Notes under the pieces: generated by a model
Database searches by the model: none
What the model saw: only the letters and a program-made list of their open reading frames with translations
What the model was told of the DNA's origin: nothing
NCBI RefSeq assembly: GCF_964204645.1
Contig: NC_134026.1
Span: 10,749,950 to 10,813,949 of the forward strand
DNA from: Tubulanus polymorphus
Taxonomy: Eukaryota > Animalia > Nemertea
Direction of reading: 5' to 3'
Length of the DNA: 64,000 nt
In this document: positions 14,501-28,646 of the stretch, piece after piece
How positions within the stretch are numbered: position 1 is the first letter of the stretch
How the letters are laid out: each line of letters starts with the position of its first letter
Translations under genes and position numbers: made by a program

Positions 14501-17500
14501 GGTTACTGTGAATAACTGGGGTTGGACCATTCACAAGTTAAAAATGTACTTCCTTGTTAGTGAAGTAAGTTTATTCATACTGTTATTAAAAGCAGTCTAA
14601 AAATCAACAGCGGTTTATTTATTTATTGTACCGGTACGCGTTTTCTTAATCGAATTGAATTGGTCTCGTCCAAAAGGCAGGTTATACTAGTTAGCGTCAG
14701 AAAATGTCAGCCTCGGTGATACTTTGTTATCGCTGATATTAAACAGTCTAAAGTCAGTTTATACATCACATACATAACAAATTGGAGGTCCCTTGTACAT
14801 GTTCATCACATCATGACGCAGCGGCGATGGTAATGTCATAGAAGAACAAAGTCAGGTGAACATACCTACCCACTGCACCGATAAAGAATGATTGCTAGCA
14901 AGAGACCAGTGACAGTCTGTAATGGGGAGTGATGGTACCGTTCGTGATTATGTTTTTATAATGGTTATTGGACGTCAATTTCATATGTGAATTGCAGTCC
15001 CCATCTGATCGCTTGACTTGTCACTGACATAATAACCGAATATGCGCTTAAACTGTCACTAGGGAATGGTAAAAACACTGTAGCTTCGTTCTTCTCGATG
15101 TTATTTCCCCCAAAACCTGGCACATGAGTACTTTGCGCGTAGTAGCACATGCGCGTAGTAGCACATGTGGGTCAACATATCCATGTTGTGAGCTGACCCC
15201 TAGGTGGCACTCTTTCAAAAAAACGGAATGTAACGAACTGATTTCGGGTGAAATCTTTGCTCGCATCCCTGAACGACATTCTATCCAGAATGGCAGAAAC
15301 CCGTTATCGCTGCTTGCAGCTATATTTCAATGTTTAACTTACCCATATGAAATGTATCTTATGAAATTGCTAATACGGTACAGCCTAGGTAAAACTTCCA
15401 ATGTGGATAAGACCAAGTATTATGGTGCATCCGCAAAGCTAACACTAGAAAGCAATTTTCTAAGAGGACATCGTACCTACATGTCATGAGAAATAGGTTC
15501 ATGTATAACTTGAAGCCTAATAATTGTCAGTTTCCGGGGAGTGCGTTGCTACGTGTATCCAAATGCTCATACATGCGACGGGGGAGATTTTCCAGATCTT
15601 ACTTTTTCAAGTAACTAGGTATCTCATCATTCATACCTTACATCACTGAATGTCTCTTAAAAGCAGATAAAAGCAGCGACAATAAAACTCATAGAAAGTG
15701 AAAATAAATTGCCTATGGGCAAAGTGTGGTTTACCTTGAAAGCTAAGAGGTTGTTTGGAATAAGAGCATTGCTTGAAAAATCTTTTTAATTCGTGACTTC
15801 AAAGTTCCACAAGTTTATATTGTATTTTATCTTTCTTAAAGAATCATTTTGTAGTCAAATAAGATATACATATGTGCATGCTTTTACGTTACCAGCTTTA
15901 ATATAGTTACTATGAGAATGAATGGTAGCTTATTGGAACACTGCCGGTTTCCTGGAAAACTTAAATAAGGCCACATGTCAAGGCATGTTTTCACACAATG
16001 CACACTTGAATTCAAACACACGTAGCTCATACGTTGGCAGTAGGGGGTCGGTCGGTCGGCCGTTTTTATAAAAAATAAAATTTATTTCAAAGAATCCCAG
16101 AAAAAAGTTTTCACTTGGTACCTTTGAAGTTGGGTCGGTCGGGTTACGGCAAACAGACCATTAATATGGGATGGCCTAGAATTCATATGATGTCACATAT
16201 CACAGGGTGGCTGAATAATGGGCCTTGGAAACCTCTTCCAATGTTGGCCGCGGAAGTTAAAATACTGGAACAGAAGAAATCGGCGATTAGATCGTTTTAA
16301 ATCCTGGAATTTATGACTACAATATTCAGACCTTGACCTATACTTGTAGTTTGCTGCTTAATATTTTCAGGTCACAAGAAATTACAATGTATTACCAATT
16401 CTATCAAACAGAAAACACAGCACTCATCTTCTGCTATGATTATTCAGCCTATTTTCATGTCAAACGTGCACGCGTTACAGCATCACCTTTAGTAGTACGA
16501 GCTTGTGTGTGTGTTGTGTAGCACTCTGCGCGCACATGGAGGCCTCATGTAAGTGAATGTTCGCTTACACTTCAATGTCAATCAAAACAATCACTGGGTA
16601 TTAAAATAAAACAATACCTATGGCGGATGTGTGAAATAATTACATCCAGCAATGAGCATTTGAAATTTGCACGTATACGGCACCTAGTCCAATGAAACGT
16701 ACGCCATTCTATGGCTTTCCCATAATTATTTTAGTAGCGCCGGAATTCCCCGTATATCCCAAAAACAGCCAATCCCATTCGCTCGTTGAGACGACGCCCC
16801 CAATCGAGGTCATTGCAATTTTATATGCGAGAGCTAAGAATTTTCCCGCCAAAAATAGTTTTTCGCAGAATTTTAACTCATCGATTATACCTTGTTTAAG
16901 CTGAGAACCAATGCAACAAATGATCACATAAAAAAACGTACCACAATTTTACATGAATTGGCTCAATGCCAACATCATATCGCTGACAAAGGTAAACCAA
17001 AATGGTTGTATCTTAACATATTCAAACTTCTCTTCAGAAATCTCTTCTAAAATATTACAATATTAGATGTTTTAATCATAATTAAACAATACATAAGTCC
17101 ATATGGCGTTTGTAATAACAAGATATTTGTCAGCTCAAACAAAATCATGACTTTTAACAGCATCAACAAAATATCTTTTTATTTATCTTTATTTTTTAAT
17201 TTGGAACCGAGGCCTAAGTGTTCAACCCAAACACATTAACAAAACTGTCTTTGTTGCTTATATGATCATTGATTTGTAATGCAGTCACTGGTATAGCGTG
17301 TGTAGTGCCAGATGACACACACACACGCACGCACGCACACACGCACGCACCACCACGCGCGCGCACGCACCACCACGCGCGCGCGCACGCACCACCACAC
17401 AAGCGTGCGCACATGCACACGCACACGCACACACAGCAGCAACTGCAGTGTCCGCCTACAATGCTTCGAGAAAATGAAACGCTCCTTTACAGTTCATCAA

Positions 17501-19835
17501 TTAGCGAACAATAGTGTTGTCGTTTATACCATCACTCACTGTTTGAATAGTCAATTGACAATGTCGTCTATCCTGAGAGTCGGCTATCATCAGTTTCATC
17601 TGAGACCAACAGAGGGGAATGTCCCCCTAGTAAGGCGAAAGTAGCGCCCGAAAAATTCTAAGTCTTTCACCTTTCATATTTGGTAGTTTCATTCTTTTGG
17701 GAATTATTTGGGGGATCACATCCGAGCATTTCTTTATACTGCCATTCACGTTAAAACGCCAAAATTAACCAGGTCGTTGGTGGCGTTATAACAAGATTTG
17801 ACTGTAGTCATGGCTTTTAAGAGGCGATTTAGGTGCGTCTAGTACACACTCGCATTTAATCACGCTTGGAACAAGCGCATAACAAAGCTGTTACTGCGAG
17901 TGAAATAAACTCATTTTAACTGCGATTTATACGCGTTTTATGGGATGTTTTTATCTAGGCTGTTGATATTTTCATCAAAAACCTTTTTTCATCTACGAGT
18001 GAGGAATGGCAGTTCAAAAACCTCTCGAATGTGTTAGAGATCACTTCCCGCAGGATATCCATCACAAATTTCAATGAAAAATGGCAAACAAAGGAAAGGA
18101 CGAAAAGTGAACATAATCACATAGCTGGGACTTACAACAAAAAGCTTTGGGCCTATCAACAAAACCATTCTCTAGTTCCCATAATTACCTTTCCATAGGG
18201 AAGGCCTGCATAGTCTTGTCTCTGTAACGAAAAAATATTGGCCTACACATCAAATTATTATTATACATCAAATCACGTTATACAATCAATCAAATGTACT
18301 ACATCTTAGCTGGTAATCAAGAATTACAATAAGAATCACATTAGAATCCAAATTCAACACTAATAGGTCAATGACCTGTCTTTCAGTCATAATTAATGTA
18401 CTGAGGAGAGGAAAAACTTTAAAAATAAGACTCAGTAGGTTGCTTCAGCGTTACAGGATAAAGGGTGCAGACTACTGAGAATCTTCAATCTTCGTAGAGC
18501 AGCTGTGTGAACCAGGTGTAGAATGAATACGAGATGAGTAAGGTTAACTATTCTATTAGACGCTGAAGCGTTCGCTACTTAGCCTATGTAGCAGCTACTA
18601 TACAATAGTAGCAAAAGCTAGTGCGTCAAACAAAATAGTTAACCTACATAGTACCACTCGTCTCGTCTTATGGCAGGGATGAGAACCAGGGATTACGAAA
18701 AAAGTGGGACTTTTGATGAAAATTTCTGTTAATTACTGAAATTGCAGCTAAACTGCAACATAGGCACTAAGCTCAAAGTGGGGGTTCCCAGCATGATTTC
18801 CTCAACAGCCTTTTTTCAATTCTAGATGGCAGCACGAACTGGTTATTTTTTCACATTTTTTGGTTAGTTTATATTGGCAATACCAGATGGTAGCACATAA
18901 CGAAAATCTTTGGGCGATGTACCGTAGCATGCTAAAATACTCTTGTGAGCCGAAACATAATGCCAGACACAGCAAACCTTCCACCCCCCCCATCAATTTT
19001 TCAATGGACCTGGACAATTTGGAAAACTTGGTTTTTTTAAATTTCTCATCACAAAAAAGCAGGAAACCGCCAAAAAGCGGGAAATTCTCATCCCTGGTAT
19101 GGAAACATGACCTAATCCTCATTTCCTACTTACACTTGATGGAGCCGTTCTAGGTCGTCGCCGCCTGATACCGATGCGTTCATGCAATGCTGGTGACGCC
19201 GTGTGAAGAAACGTGCTGGTGTGCTCGGTACCGCAAGATCGTGCGGCGCAACCATCACCAATCGCGCGTGGACGTCGACACAACAGGTGAGCATGCAAAT
19301 GGTCATGTCCTAAACAATGCGCGTGCCGGTCTAAAAACCGATAATCGGGATCGGGTTGAAAATGCTTGCTATTTTCAACACGAGATCGCGATAACGCAGA
19401 GAATAATCGCCGAACATTCTTATCATCATTGTTATTATTACTTTTATTACTGATATCACCCCTTATAGTTCCTGCGCTGTGAATTCTACGTTTAGGAAAT
19501 GCATTTGGGTGAGATCTTTTCGACGAGATAATAGACGATCGACTGATTATTCCATTCTTATGAACAGGTGTTGTCACTGGAGTGGTAAGCGGTGTTACTG
19601 ATTGCTCTATGTCTTTAACGGTTATAGTGGCACTTTTCACGTGGCGTTGAGAGTGTGGTGATGGCGATGTTTGTCTTACAATCCCAGAATCATCTTTTGA
19701 TCGCGCTGTTCTAAGTGTAGGTCCGGGTGACCGTCTGCTGCGAGGGTTTTTCCTTGTATTTGAAAAACTCATGAAGGGGCCTCCATTAGCTCGCCAACCA
19801 TCAGCAACCCATGGAATACTCGGATGCAAATTCAT
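11578..19835 (-). CDS. Uncharacterised Ser/Arg/Pro-rich host protein, partial; exons ~19835-19134, 13269-13035, 12009-11968, 11890-11578
   Basis: 262-codon ORF ends at a GTAAG donor (phase 0). The following exons have pyrimidine-tract AG acceptors with compatible phases (0/1/1/2). The donor at 13034 (GTGTGT) is weak, and the start codon and 3' exons are not established. Confidence 0.6.
14153..15327 (+). mobile_element. Second Helentron-like non-autonomous element
   Basis: 5' ATTAGGGTTTCTGC..GCAGAAACCCT hairpin; 3' GGCAGAAACCC + GCTGCTTGCAGC hairpin + TATATT. Confidence 0.65.
16670..17000 (+). repeat. Dispersed repeat, also at ~20220-20570 and partly at ~10950-11070
   Basis: Shared CCAATGAAACGT...CCCATAATTATTTTAGTAGC.CCGGAATTCCCCG...GCTGACAAAGGTAAACCAA. 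Confidence 0.7.
17314..17433. repeat. (CA)/(CGCA)-type compound microsatellite
   Basis: Directly visible. Confidence 0.9.
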
Positions 19836-20896
19836 TTTCTCATCTAAAAACGAAGACTGAACATTGTTAGAAGGAATATGCATGTAGAATTTCTTTTGGA
19901 TCCCCAAGCTCTATAGGCCTTTGATGGACACCTATAGATAGTCAGGGATATTTCGAGTATTAAGTACGGTAGGGCTACATGCCACGGGGGTTTCAGGCCC
20001 ACCCCCAAAAAAAGGTTTGAAAACTAGGGGTCCAAGGACACCATGTCTACTTGGGCAGTGGTTTCAAATTCTCAACAATTTCACTATTCAATGCCCCTGG
20101 TGACCATATACAATAACCAATGACCTTGAAACTCACCACAATCATAGAACATGTCAGCAGCTACAATATTGTAATTGATTAAGATGATAAAAAATGTCTA
20201 GTTACCAATTTAATTCGCACATTTACGGCACCAGTCCAATGAAACGTTCGCCATTAATGGCTTTCCCATAATTATTTTAGTAGCCCCGGAATTCCCCGTA
20301 TATCCCAAAAACAGCCAATCACATTCGCTCATAGAGACTTTGCAATTTATGCGCAAGAGCTAAGAATTTTCCCGCCAAAAACAGTTTTTCGTCGAATTTA
20401 AACAAAGTTGACCATGTCATCGACGGAGGTTCGTCATGTCATCAATCACTTCGATTAAGTCGTTTAACCCGAGAACCAATGAAAAAAATTCTCACATAAA
20501 CAAACGTACCGCGATTTTACATGAATTGGCTCAATGCCAACCTCATACTGCTGACAAAGGTAAACCAACGAGTAAGAATTCTTTTTCAGAAAGGTTGATC
20601 ACCACAGCCATATCGGCACGGAAAAGTCAAGGGATATCCCGATATGATATCAGGAGGGAAAATTTTAATCTTTTTACAGAATTCCTTCAATTTCTTCTTT
20701 CAGAAATAAATTCATTCTTTCTTTTAACAAACTCAGGAAAGCGCAACGAATTTCAGACTAACTGAGCAAGTTACAAGGCTATCTTATGTCAAATAACAGA
20801 GAAAACTGGGAAAATGAAGTGCAAGTCGAACCACTAAAACATCGCAACCCGACCACAAAAATTCAAATGAAATTGATTAGAAAATATATTCATTTA

Positions 20897-21677
20897 CAGT
20901 AGACTCCGCTTACCTCGGAATTCTTGGGACTGGAAAATTTTTTCTGAGGTATGCGAATTCCGAGGTATATAAGGTCCGCAAATTTGGTCATAAAAAAAAT
21001 TGTTGCTGACACGTGGGCTCAAATTATCCTTCTTATACTAATCTATGTTGAATAAACATTGTATATGTACCATATCTGCCAGGTTTTTATTGTTATTTCA
21101 ATCAAAACCTCATATCCCCCGGGAGATTTGACTTGTCATCTTTTATATAAAAACATCGTACTGTAGTACACCAAGTAAAGCCTCCTTCCCAGTTGAGAGA
21201 ATTTAAAAACACGTGGGTTTGATGTGCAGTGACAAGTCTATAGCTCCGCCTACATCCATTCAATTGACTATTCGTATTAAAGACAGCTGAGAACTAGCGC
21301 GACTGGCACGCTTCCAATTCTTACGATCATCAGCATATCTATCGCAATACACGTGGTAACACAGTACAGATGTTGATTCACGTGGCGTCCAAGAACAGGT
21401 ATTGATTAATCTGTTTCAAGTTGTTATGCAGTAGGCTAGGGGTGCGTTTTTGAAAAAATATTGTCGTGACGATGTTCAGAATTTCCAAGGTACACGATTT
21501 TAGGACTCAATTTATAAAAAAATCATTCTGAGGTATGCGATATTCCGACGTATGCAACTCTGAGCTACTCGGAGATTTTCATTTAAGAAATAATTGCATT
21601 AAGAAAAATATTTTAGATTTGTTCTGAGCTAAGCAATATTCCGAGGTGTATGACTCCGAGGTATGCGGAGTCTACTG
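20897..21677. mobile_element. Tc1/pogo-like MITE
   Basis: TA-CAGTAGACTCCGC...GCGGAGTCTACTG-TA. Confidence 0.85.
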
Positions 21678-21854
21678 TATTTACAAGAGAATAACATAAG
21701 GTACTCGAATTTACATAAGGCTAGTTATAAATGAGTTAAAAGATTTAAGAACTGGGTCAGACCTGTGAATTTGAACTTTGAAGAACAATTGATAGAAGTG
21801 ACTGAAGTTTGACATTAGCTAGGGGATATCATATATTGATATATATAGTTATGC

Positions 21855-22135
21855 AATCGCTGCAATAGCCAATAGTAAGAGGATAGCAGAATCATAGAAT
21901 CGTGAAATAGAATCATAGATATGATGAAAAATGCGATTATCATAACTTAGTTGGTAGAATCGCTACAATCGCAAATAGTAAGAGGATGGCAGAATCATAG
22001 AATCGTGTAATAGAATCATAGAAATGATGAAAAATGCGATTATCATAACTTAGTTTTTAGAATCGTAGAATCGCTACAATCGCAAATAATGAGGATCGCA
22101 GAATCCTAGAATCGTCAAATAGAATCGTAAGCGAC
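21855..22135. repeat. ~110-bp tandem repeat rich in AGAATC
   Basis: AATCGCTACAATCGCAAATA.T.AGAGGAT recurs three times. Confidence 0.7.
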
Positions 22136-23336
22136 AAAATCGCCGAGAAATCGCCTAGTGTGGTCACTGGCAACCATTGTCGGCCGACAAATTGTCGCCG
22201 GCGACAAGATCGCTCAGTATAGCATGCTAGATATTTGGCGACAAGATCGCCGAGGATCGGCAGCAAATCGCCTAGTGTGCGGCTAGTAGCGACGCAACGC
22301 TTTGAATTCAATCAAAAACAGCCAATCAGCGCCAGTATAGAAATCATGTGCATTCATAAAATGGTGACCCCCCATAGCCGAAAATGAAATGTGGCCATTT
22401 TGTAATCATGTGGCACCACTTCACGACCTGTGATTTATCCTCAATTGTCAGGGTTAGATTTCCACGTGTCGGGGCTCACGTCAACAAAAACCCTGGCCGC
22501 ACACCCTTCATAATAATGGTTAAAAAGCCCAAGATTTCTTGGGCGGACAGGTTAACACTCATTGCCCTCCAGTCTATATATCTACCAAACAGATGCATTG
22601 AATTTTCCCGGCAGGTTTGTTCTATATAATTACCACGCATCTGATTTGTGGACTGAAATTTAGACTGGTGGACGCTGTCCGGCCAAGAAATGGGCAATGT
22701 AATATACTATAGATAATGAGGGTTTGCGGCCAGGGTGAGCTCCAGTGGACGGGAATCAAGCCCCGGCAAGCGAGGATGCCTGCGATTCGGTGATAAAAAT
22801 CGTCTAATGTGCGGTCGCTGACGACGGACGGCGATTTTCATGAAAATCGTCGACGATTTAAATCTTTCTACTGGCGACTAAAAATCGCCTAGTGTGCGCC
22901 CGGCTTAACCCTATCAAAACCCTAACCATAAACCCAATATAATGATTTTATTGTTACTTTCATTAGTTAACACTACATACGTACGTATGTACGTACATAC
23001 ATACATACATACATACACACATACATACATAGTTATAATGTTCGGTAAAATAGCGGTAAAATACTTTGCCATATACGGCTAAATATCCACTTCGTTGTAG
23101 AAATGATGAAATATGCGATTGTAATATTAACTTAGTTTTTAGAACTGTAGCGAATGTTCGACACCGCACCATTATATTTATGGTGTTTTGATCCAACAAC
23201 AAACAATAAATTTCATTGGCCGGGCCAGTCGCAATTTCGAGAATTTCAACATCAAGCATCTGTGGGGTCTTCTTTTTCTTCTTCCGTTTACTGTCAGCAT
23301 CAACTTGTTCTGTTGATGAATATTATACTTATAGCC

Positions 23337-23840
23337 TACTGTCTGTCACACCTACTCTCCGTGCGACGTTTTGGTCCGTAATTTCGTTAATAATCGGTTT
23401 ATCTACCTTTATTATGCATCAATTTGTTCAGTGAGGAATTTGCATTCAGAAATAAACAACAATTTTTACTAAAGTTGTTTTTGTTTTCATTTATGAGCGA
23501 TAGTTTACTCAGCATACGCTCGCGTAATGCTGAAAAATCCGCTCCGCGGACGCTCGGAAACGTTACAGTGACGTCATCACCTGCTCATTAGCATATCAAA
23601 ATACAGTAGGTGGCGCTACGTGACGGGCCATAAAAGCCGTTTTTCAGCATTACGCGAGCGTATGCTGGGTGAACTATCGCTGATAGATGAAAACACAAAC
23701 AAATTTATGCCAGTTCATGATTTATTTCTGAATGCAAATTCCTTACTGAACAAATTGATGCATAATATTTACAGATCAACCGATTATTAACGAAATTACG
23801 AACCAAAACGTCGCACGAAGAGCATGTGTGACAGACAGTA
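23337..23840. mobile_element. Foldback MITE with ~200-bp inverted arms
   Basis: TACTGTCTGTCACA...TGTGACAGACAGTA; the arms pair to GCGTAATGCTGAAAAA. Confidence 0.8.
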
Positions 23841-24769
23841 GTTTTAGTTTTCGTTCGGGTGTAAATTTAAAATTGAGGTATCTAGCTTTGATTTTGAATC
23901 CGGAGCTTCATGTGACGAAATATTACCTGAGTTTTAGGACGGAAAAAATCACCCGAGAGATTTATGAAGACTGAATAGACATTTTAATTCAAAGTGTCAA
24001 AGTTGCTAGGGAAGCGCAGCGTTAGTTGCTGTAGGCATAGCCCTAAACGTGGAGCATTAACGAGAAAGTGTAAAACAGGGTCACGGCATCGGACATGGCT
24101 AGGTCACGATACGTTCGACACCTTTCTCATGACCATGAGATGATTTTCAAAAACAAATTTCTGCGTGTTTATTCTCAGAGAAAAGTCTTATTACTTTTTA
24201 CCCACGCTATGTCAGATTAAAATACAATACTTGGTTTTAACGTGACTTTAAAACGATGTGTTAAATTGAAAAAATAAATAAATATGTGACGTGCCCCGAG
24301 TCGGCGTCAGCCAGCATGTGTTGTCTTCTATGAATTCATTTTCTGAGAAAATCATGGCAGAATGTATGTATTATGCTTTTCTGTGACAATATTCAAATAA
24401 ATCCAATAGATCTCAGTACGGTAAGGGGGGGCCGACTAAATAAGGCGTTATTCAGTTTTGCTGTGCCACCCTAATTTAAATCAAAATCGATAGAATTTAC
24501 CCCAAACGAGCATTCAGGAGCGGGACGGGTGTGTTGTGGCGTGTGCACATCTCCCCTAAAATTTGTTTGCCCTTTTTCCGACCCGCTTTTTTTTAATATG
24601 TTTTCACAAATTCCTTTCGTCTTGAATTTCCCATAACATCGATTAAAAATAGTTTATAATTGTTTTTCGGCCACTTCTTGTTTGGGGGATGGGTGCGATA
24701 TCACCATCAATGCCGATATGCGAGATTCAAAATGAGTTATGCAGCACTGTATTTGGCGATCCCAAGTAA

Positions 24770-25792
24770 AGCCTACCGCACATCGACACTGCGATTGGAG
24801 ACAACTAGTTGCAAGGCAGTTTTCGGCGCATGAGAGGAACTGGCTGGATACGATCAGTTGCTTGAATGTGTCGATGTGAGCGAGCTTACGATTGGTAAGC
24901 GTCGATCTATCTCCAGTTCCAGCCAGTTGCCCATGTTCTACTTTTGAGCAACTGGTTGTACTCAATCGCAGTCATATCCGTCGATGTGCGCGCTCTGGAC
25001 GTATCGGCCCCACTCCGCGCGGTTCCGCCACCGTGCGGGATTTACGCGAAGCAGCAAACACAAACATGGCCACTCTCTCAATTTTCAATGATAGAAATCG
25101 TGTGTGCATTTCAATTATTTCGGCTGTTAGGGTTTTAAGGCACAATATAAGTTGATGATGTGATATGGCGATGTTAATTAATGATAATTTCGCAGTGAAG
25201 CTAGTCACGAACGGTGCCGATTGAGTGTACAGCTGCCAAAAACACTGAAATGTGCGTAGTTGCGAAACTATTTGCAGTGAATTGCAGACGAAACATGAAG
25301 CTTTGACGGCCGTTTAAAAAAAAATTATACCAATCGCAATTGTAAAATAAAAATGAGATAGAACCTAAGTTAAAATTCTGGCCATTTCTAAAAATGTTAT
25401 TACTAATTTTTAGTCAGTGCCGAACGTTTAGTTTTCCAACAGTAATGAGGGGTGGTAGGTAGTCATGCAATTCAAGTCATCATTTATTACACGTTACTTC
25501 CGTGTTGTTGAAAATCTCGCGAGTCCTGGACCAAACCCCATTGAACAATGTGATCTGTGTGCTGGCCACAAATGCACACAGATCACACTACACTACCCAT
25601 TACAAACTCCAGTAACCACAGCTTTCATATATCCATCCAAATATTTAGAGTGTCTTTCTTCCTGGATCTCGACGATCGACACGCGCCATGCAGTTGCTGC
25701 AACTGACCGGTTGTATAGATTTCGATGTGCGCGGGGTAATCGTTCGGTAGCAACTAGTTGTCTCCAATCGCAGTGCCGATGTGCGCTAGGCT
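24770..25792. mobile_element. Harbinger-like MITE
   Basis: ~43-bp TIR AGCCTA.CGCACATCG.CACTGCGATTGGAGACAACTAGTTGC, flanked by TAA/TTA. Confidence 0.78.
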
Positions 25793-26071
25793 TTAGTGCT
25801 TGTGAAATTATGTGCCTTAAGTAGAGGCCTATTGTTTTTACCTTTGTGACGGTTTAAAATTTCACCTTAGTACATGTTGTAGCCATATCCTGATTTAAAA
25901 AAATAAATTTTCTTTGTCACTAAAAATAGATTCAAGATTCTCCTGATTTTAGCCTTCGTATGGTGTCTTTGCTGGTGTTTTGAGCAGAAAAGAGGCCCCG
26001 AAGGTTCACTTAAAGAAATCTTGATTTTTCACAAGATTCTTGAGAGTTTAAGTGAAATGGAGTTAGACAAG

Positions 26072-27424
26072 CAGGGCGGATCCAGGGACCACTGTCGAGA
26101 GTAGCACAACTTATAAAAAAGGGCATTATGAAACAAAAGGGTATTTTAAAATGAAAAGGGCATTTTGAAATCAAAAAGGGCATTCTGAAATTGAAAATCT
26201 GCTTTTTTGCTGCGATTTCCAAGCAGTCCTGACACGAAGTGCTTTAGCAAATTAACTGCATTGAGATGTGGTTTCCAGGTAATAAAGATCAAATCATGAA
26301 GAATTGTGTGCTTTTTGTTCAAAATTATCCACCTCATCTTGTAAAAATGTGTCCTTTTCTACTTTGGGCATGAAAAAAGAGCTGCACGAGATTTTCGCGA
26401 CGGTAGCTGCTGCACGTGCCTACCGCCTGAATCCGCGCCTGACAAGATTGTTCTGTACAAATTCGATTCGATGACCTCGGTGAACTAAATGTGCAACAAA
26501 CTGAGCGTGTTTCATGGACCTTGACGAATTCGCCAGTGGAACTGGGAAATAAGTCTCCATCACGGTCAATGTAGAAGACAGAGCTGCTCGCATCGAGATT
26601 ATCATTAATCTGGGGACGATATGCCGTGACGGAAGTGAGTACCAAAATCACCGCCTTATTTTTCTATGAGCATTTTTAAAGTTCATAGTACCGGTACGAG
26701 TCTTTTACGCCACATTCAACAGGCATAGCGCACCACGCAACCGGCCTCCAAAAGCACCCGACTCCAGGTGCCGGGTCCGGCCTTGTGTCAAGGGCGTGCT
26801 CACCGAATTTTTCTCAGCTTGTAATGATTTCATTCTTCGCCCTATTTTCCTCATTCCGCTTACTTATTCTGAGTTGACGGTTGAATAAGATCGGTTCATT
26901 TTTTTTCATCCTTTTCCGATGATGTATACCCCGTGCCTGCCGGTACTTGGCCAGGAAAAATTCCAAAACACACGTCAATAATATTATAATTTTATGAGTG
27001 AACGGAATAGGTATGATGAAAAAGTAAAAAAGAGGAAAAAGTAAATAAAAACAAAGTGCGCCATAAAAAAAATAATTGCTTTTCTGTACTAGGCCTAAAG
27101 CAAAATGAGAATGAAATAAATTGCCCAAAATCATAAAAGGCAATCTAAGGCAGTCTGTCTAATTCAAAATGTTTTTAAAGGGGCACTATTCTAAAAGAGA
27201 CATTATTGTTGCTCTATAAATTTAATCGAAAAAGGGCAAATTTCGCCAAAAATCTAAAACAAGGCATAAGCAAATTGAATGTGAAGGCAATTTTAGTGGC
27301 ATGATACCAATGAATGGCACTCAAACACAAACTCACTCGCTGGGCATTAATACTGGCCCTTTCCCTAAATTGGTGCCTTTTTTCACTGTGCTGTAGTCAC
27401 TGTATGGCCCTGGATCCGCGCCTG
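26072..27424. mobile_element. hAT-like non-autonomous element
   Basis: CAGG(C)GCGGATCCAGGG inverted ends; TSD not clean. Confidence 0.55.
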
Positions 27425-27852
27425 GAACAATCTTGTCCGAACCGACCTTAACAACATGAGACAATTGTAGTTACAAATGGAACTCCATTCAATTCGAAAC
27501 GATAAACTGATGCGTCTTAACTAGGAAAAATAATCACCAGTCATTATAGAACAAATTGAACCAGTCAACCCCGCATAAGTAGTAGTCCTTGGGACTGACA
27601 ATTCTACTTCGACTTATGTGATGTATATGGTGGCTGATAAGGGCCGTGAAAATATTTCCAGACAAAAAATAATTTTGTCATAAAAAATTATTTTACATCG
27701 AAAAATATTCATGAGTGAAAATAATTTCATGAAAAATAAATTTCTATCGAAAAATATTTCGTGAGTGAAAATAATTCCGCTATGAAAAATAAATTTTCAT
27801 CAAAATATATTCGTAAGTGAAAATAATTTTCTTATGAAAATAATCGCCTTCA

Positions 27853-28037
27853 TACGGAAGCCCCTAGGTGACATACGAGAAAATTATTTCACAATTTTGA
27901 CTTATTAAGTCGAAATTCGACTTAATTAACACGAAATTCGACTTACTATGTCGAAATTCGACTTATTATGTCGAAATTCGACTTAATATGGAATTATTTA
28001 AAAAAATTATCTCATATGTCACCTAGGGGCTTCCGTA
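27853..28037. mobile_element. TACGG-ended non-autonomous element (IS3EU-like)
   Basis: TIR TACGGAAGCCCCTAGGTGACAT, TSD CCTTCA, internal ~21-bp tandem repeats. Confidence 0.85.
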
Positions 28038-28646
28038 CCTTCAAAAATATATGCTAACAAAAATAGTTCTGCTATGAAAAATAAATCGCCTTCCTTCAAA
28101 ATATATTCCGATACTAAAATATTTTTGCAGTGTAAGAAATAATCGTGGGTTTTCCGCTAGTGCGCGTGTGACGCGTGCGCGCGCGCGTTTGTCGATTGAA
28201 CTGTCTCACTTGAACTTATTTCATCCATGCTACTAGCCCTAAGTATAGTATCGCAGTAATAGGGAAAGCACACTCTCCCCAACCTTTAGTTTGAAAACAC
28301 ACTTTCCCTATTACTTTTCAGTACTTTCATGTGTTAAATTCTTATAAAAGTAACGAGAAATTAACTAGTGAAATAATTCATATTTAAATCAGTGAATATT
28401 TATATTTATATGTGTTAAATTCTTGATTTTAACATAAAAGTAACGAGTAATTAACGAGTTGAAGAAAATATCAAGCAAAGGTCACAAGGTCGAAAGAGTA
28501 GAATGTGAGTGAAATAATTCATATTTAAATCAGTGAATATTTATATTTATATGTGTTAAATTCTTGATTTTAACATAAAAGTAACGAGTAATTAACGAGT
28601 TGAAGAAAATATCAATTTTAATTTTAATAAAAAATTTAGTATTAAG

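Noticed and set aside
17214-17644. His/Thr/Arg-rich ORFs
   Set aside because: Microsatellite translations.
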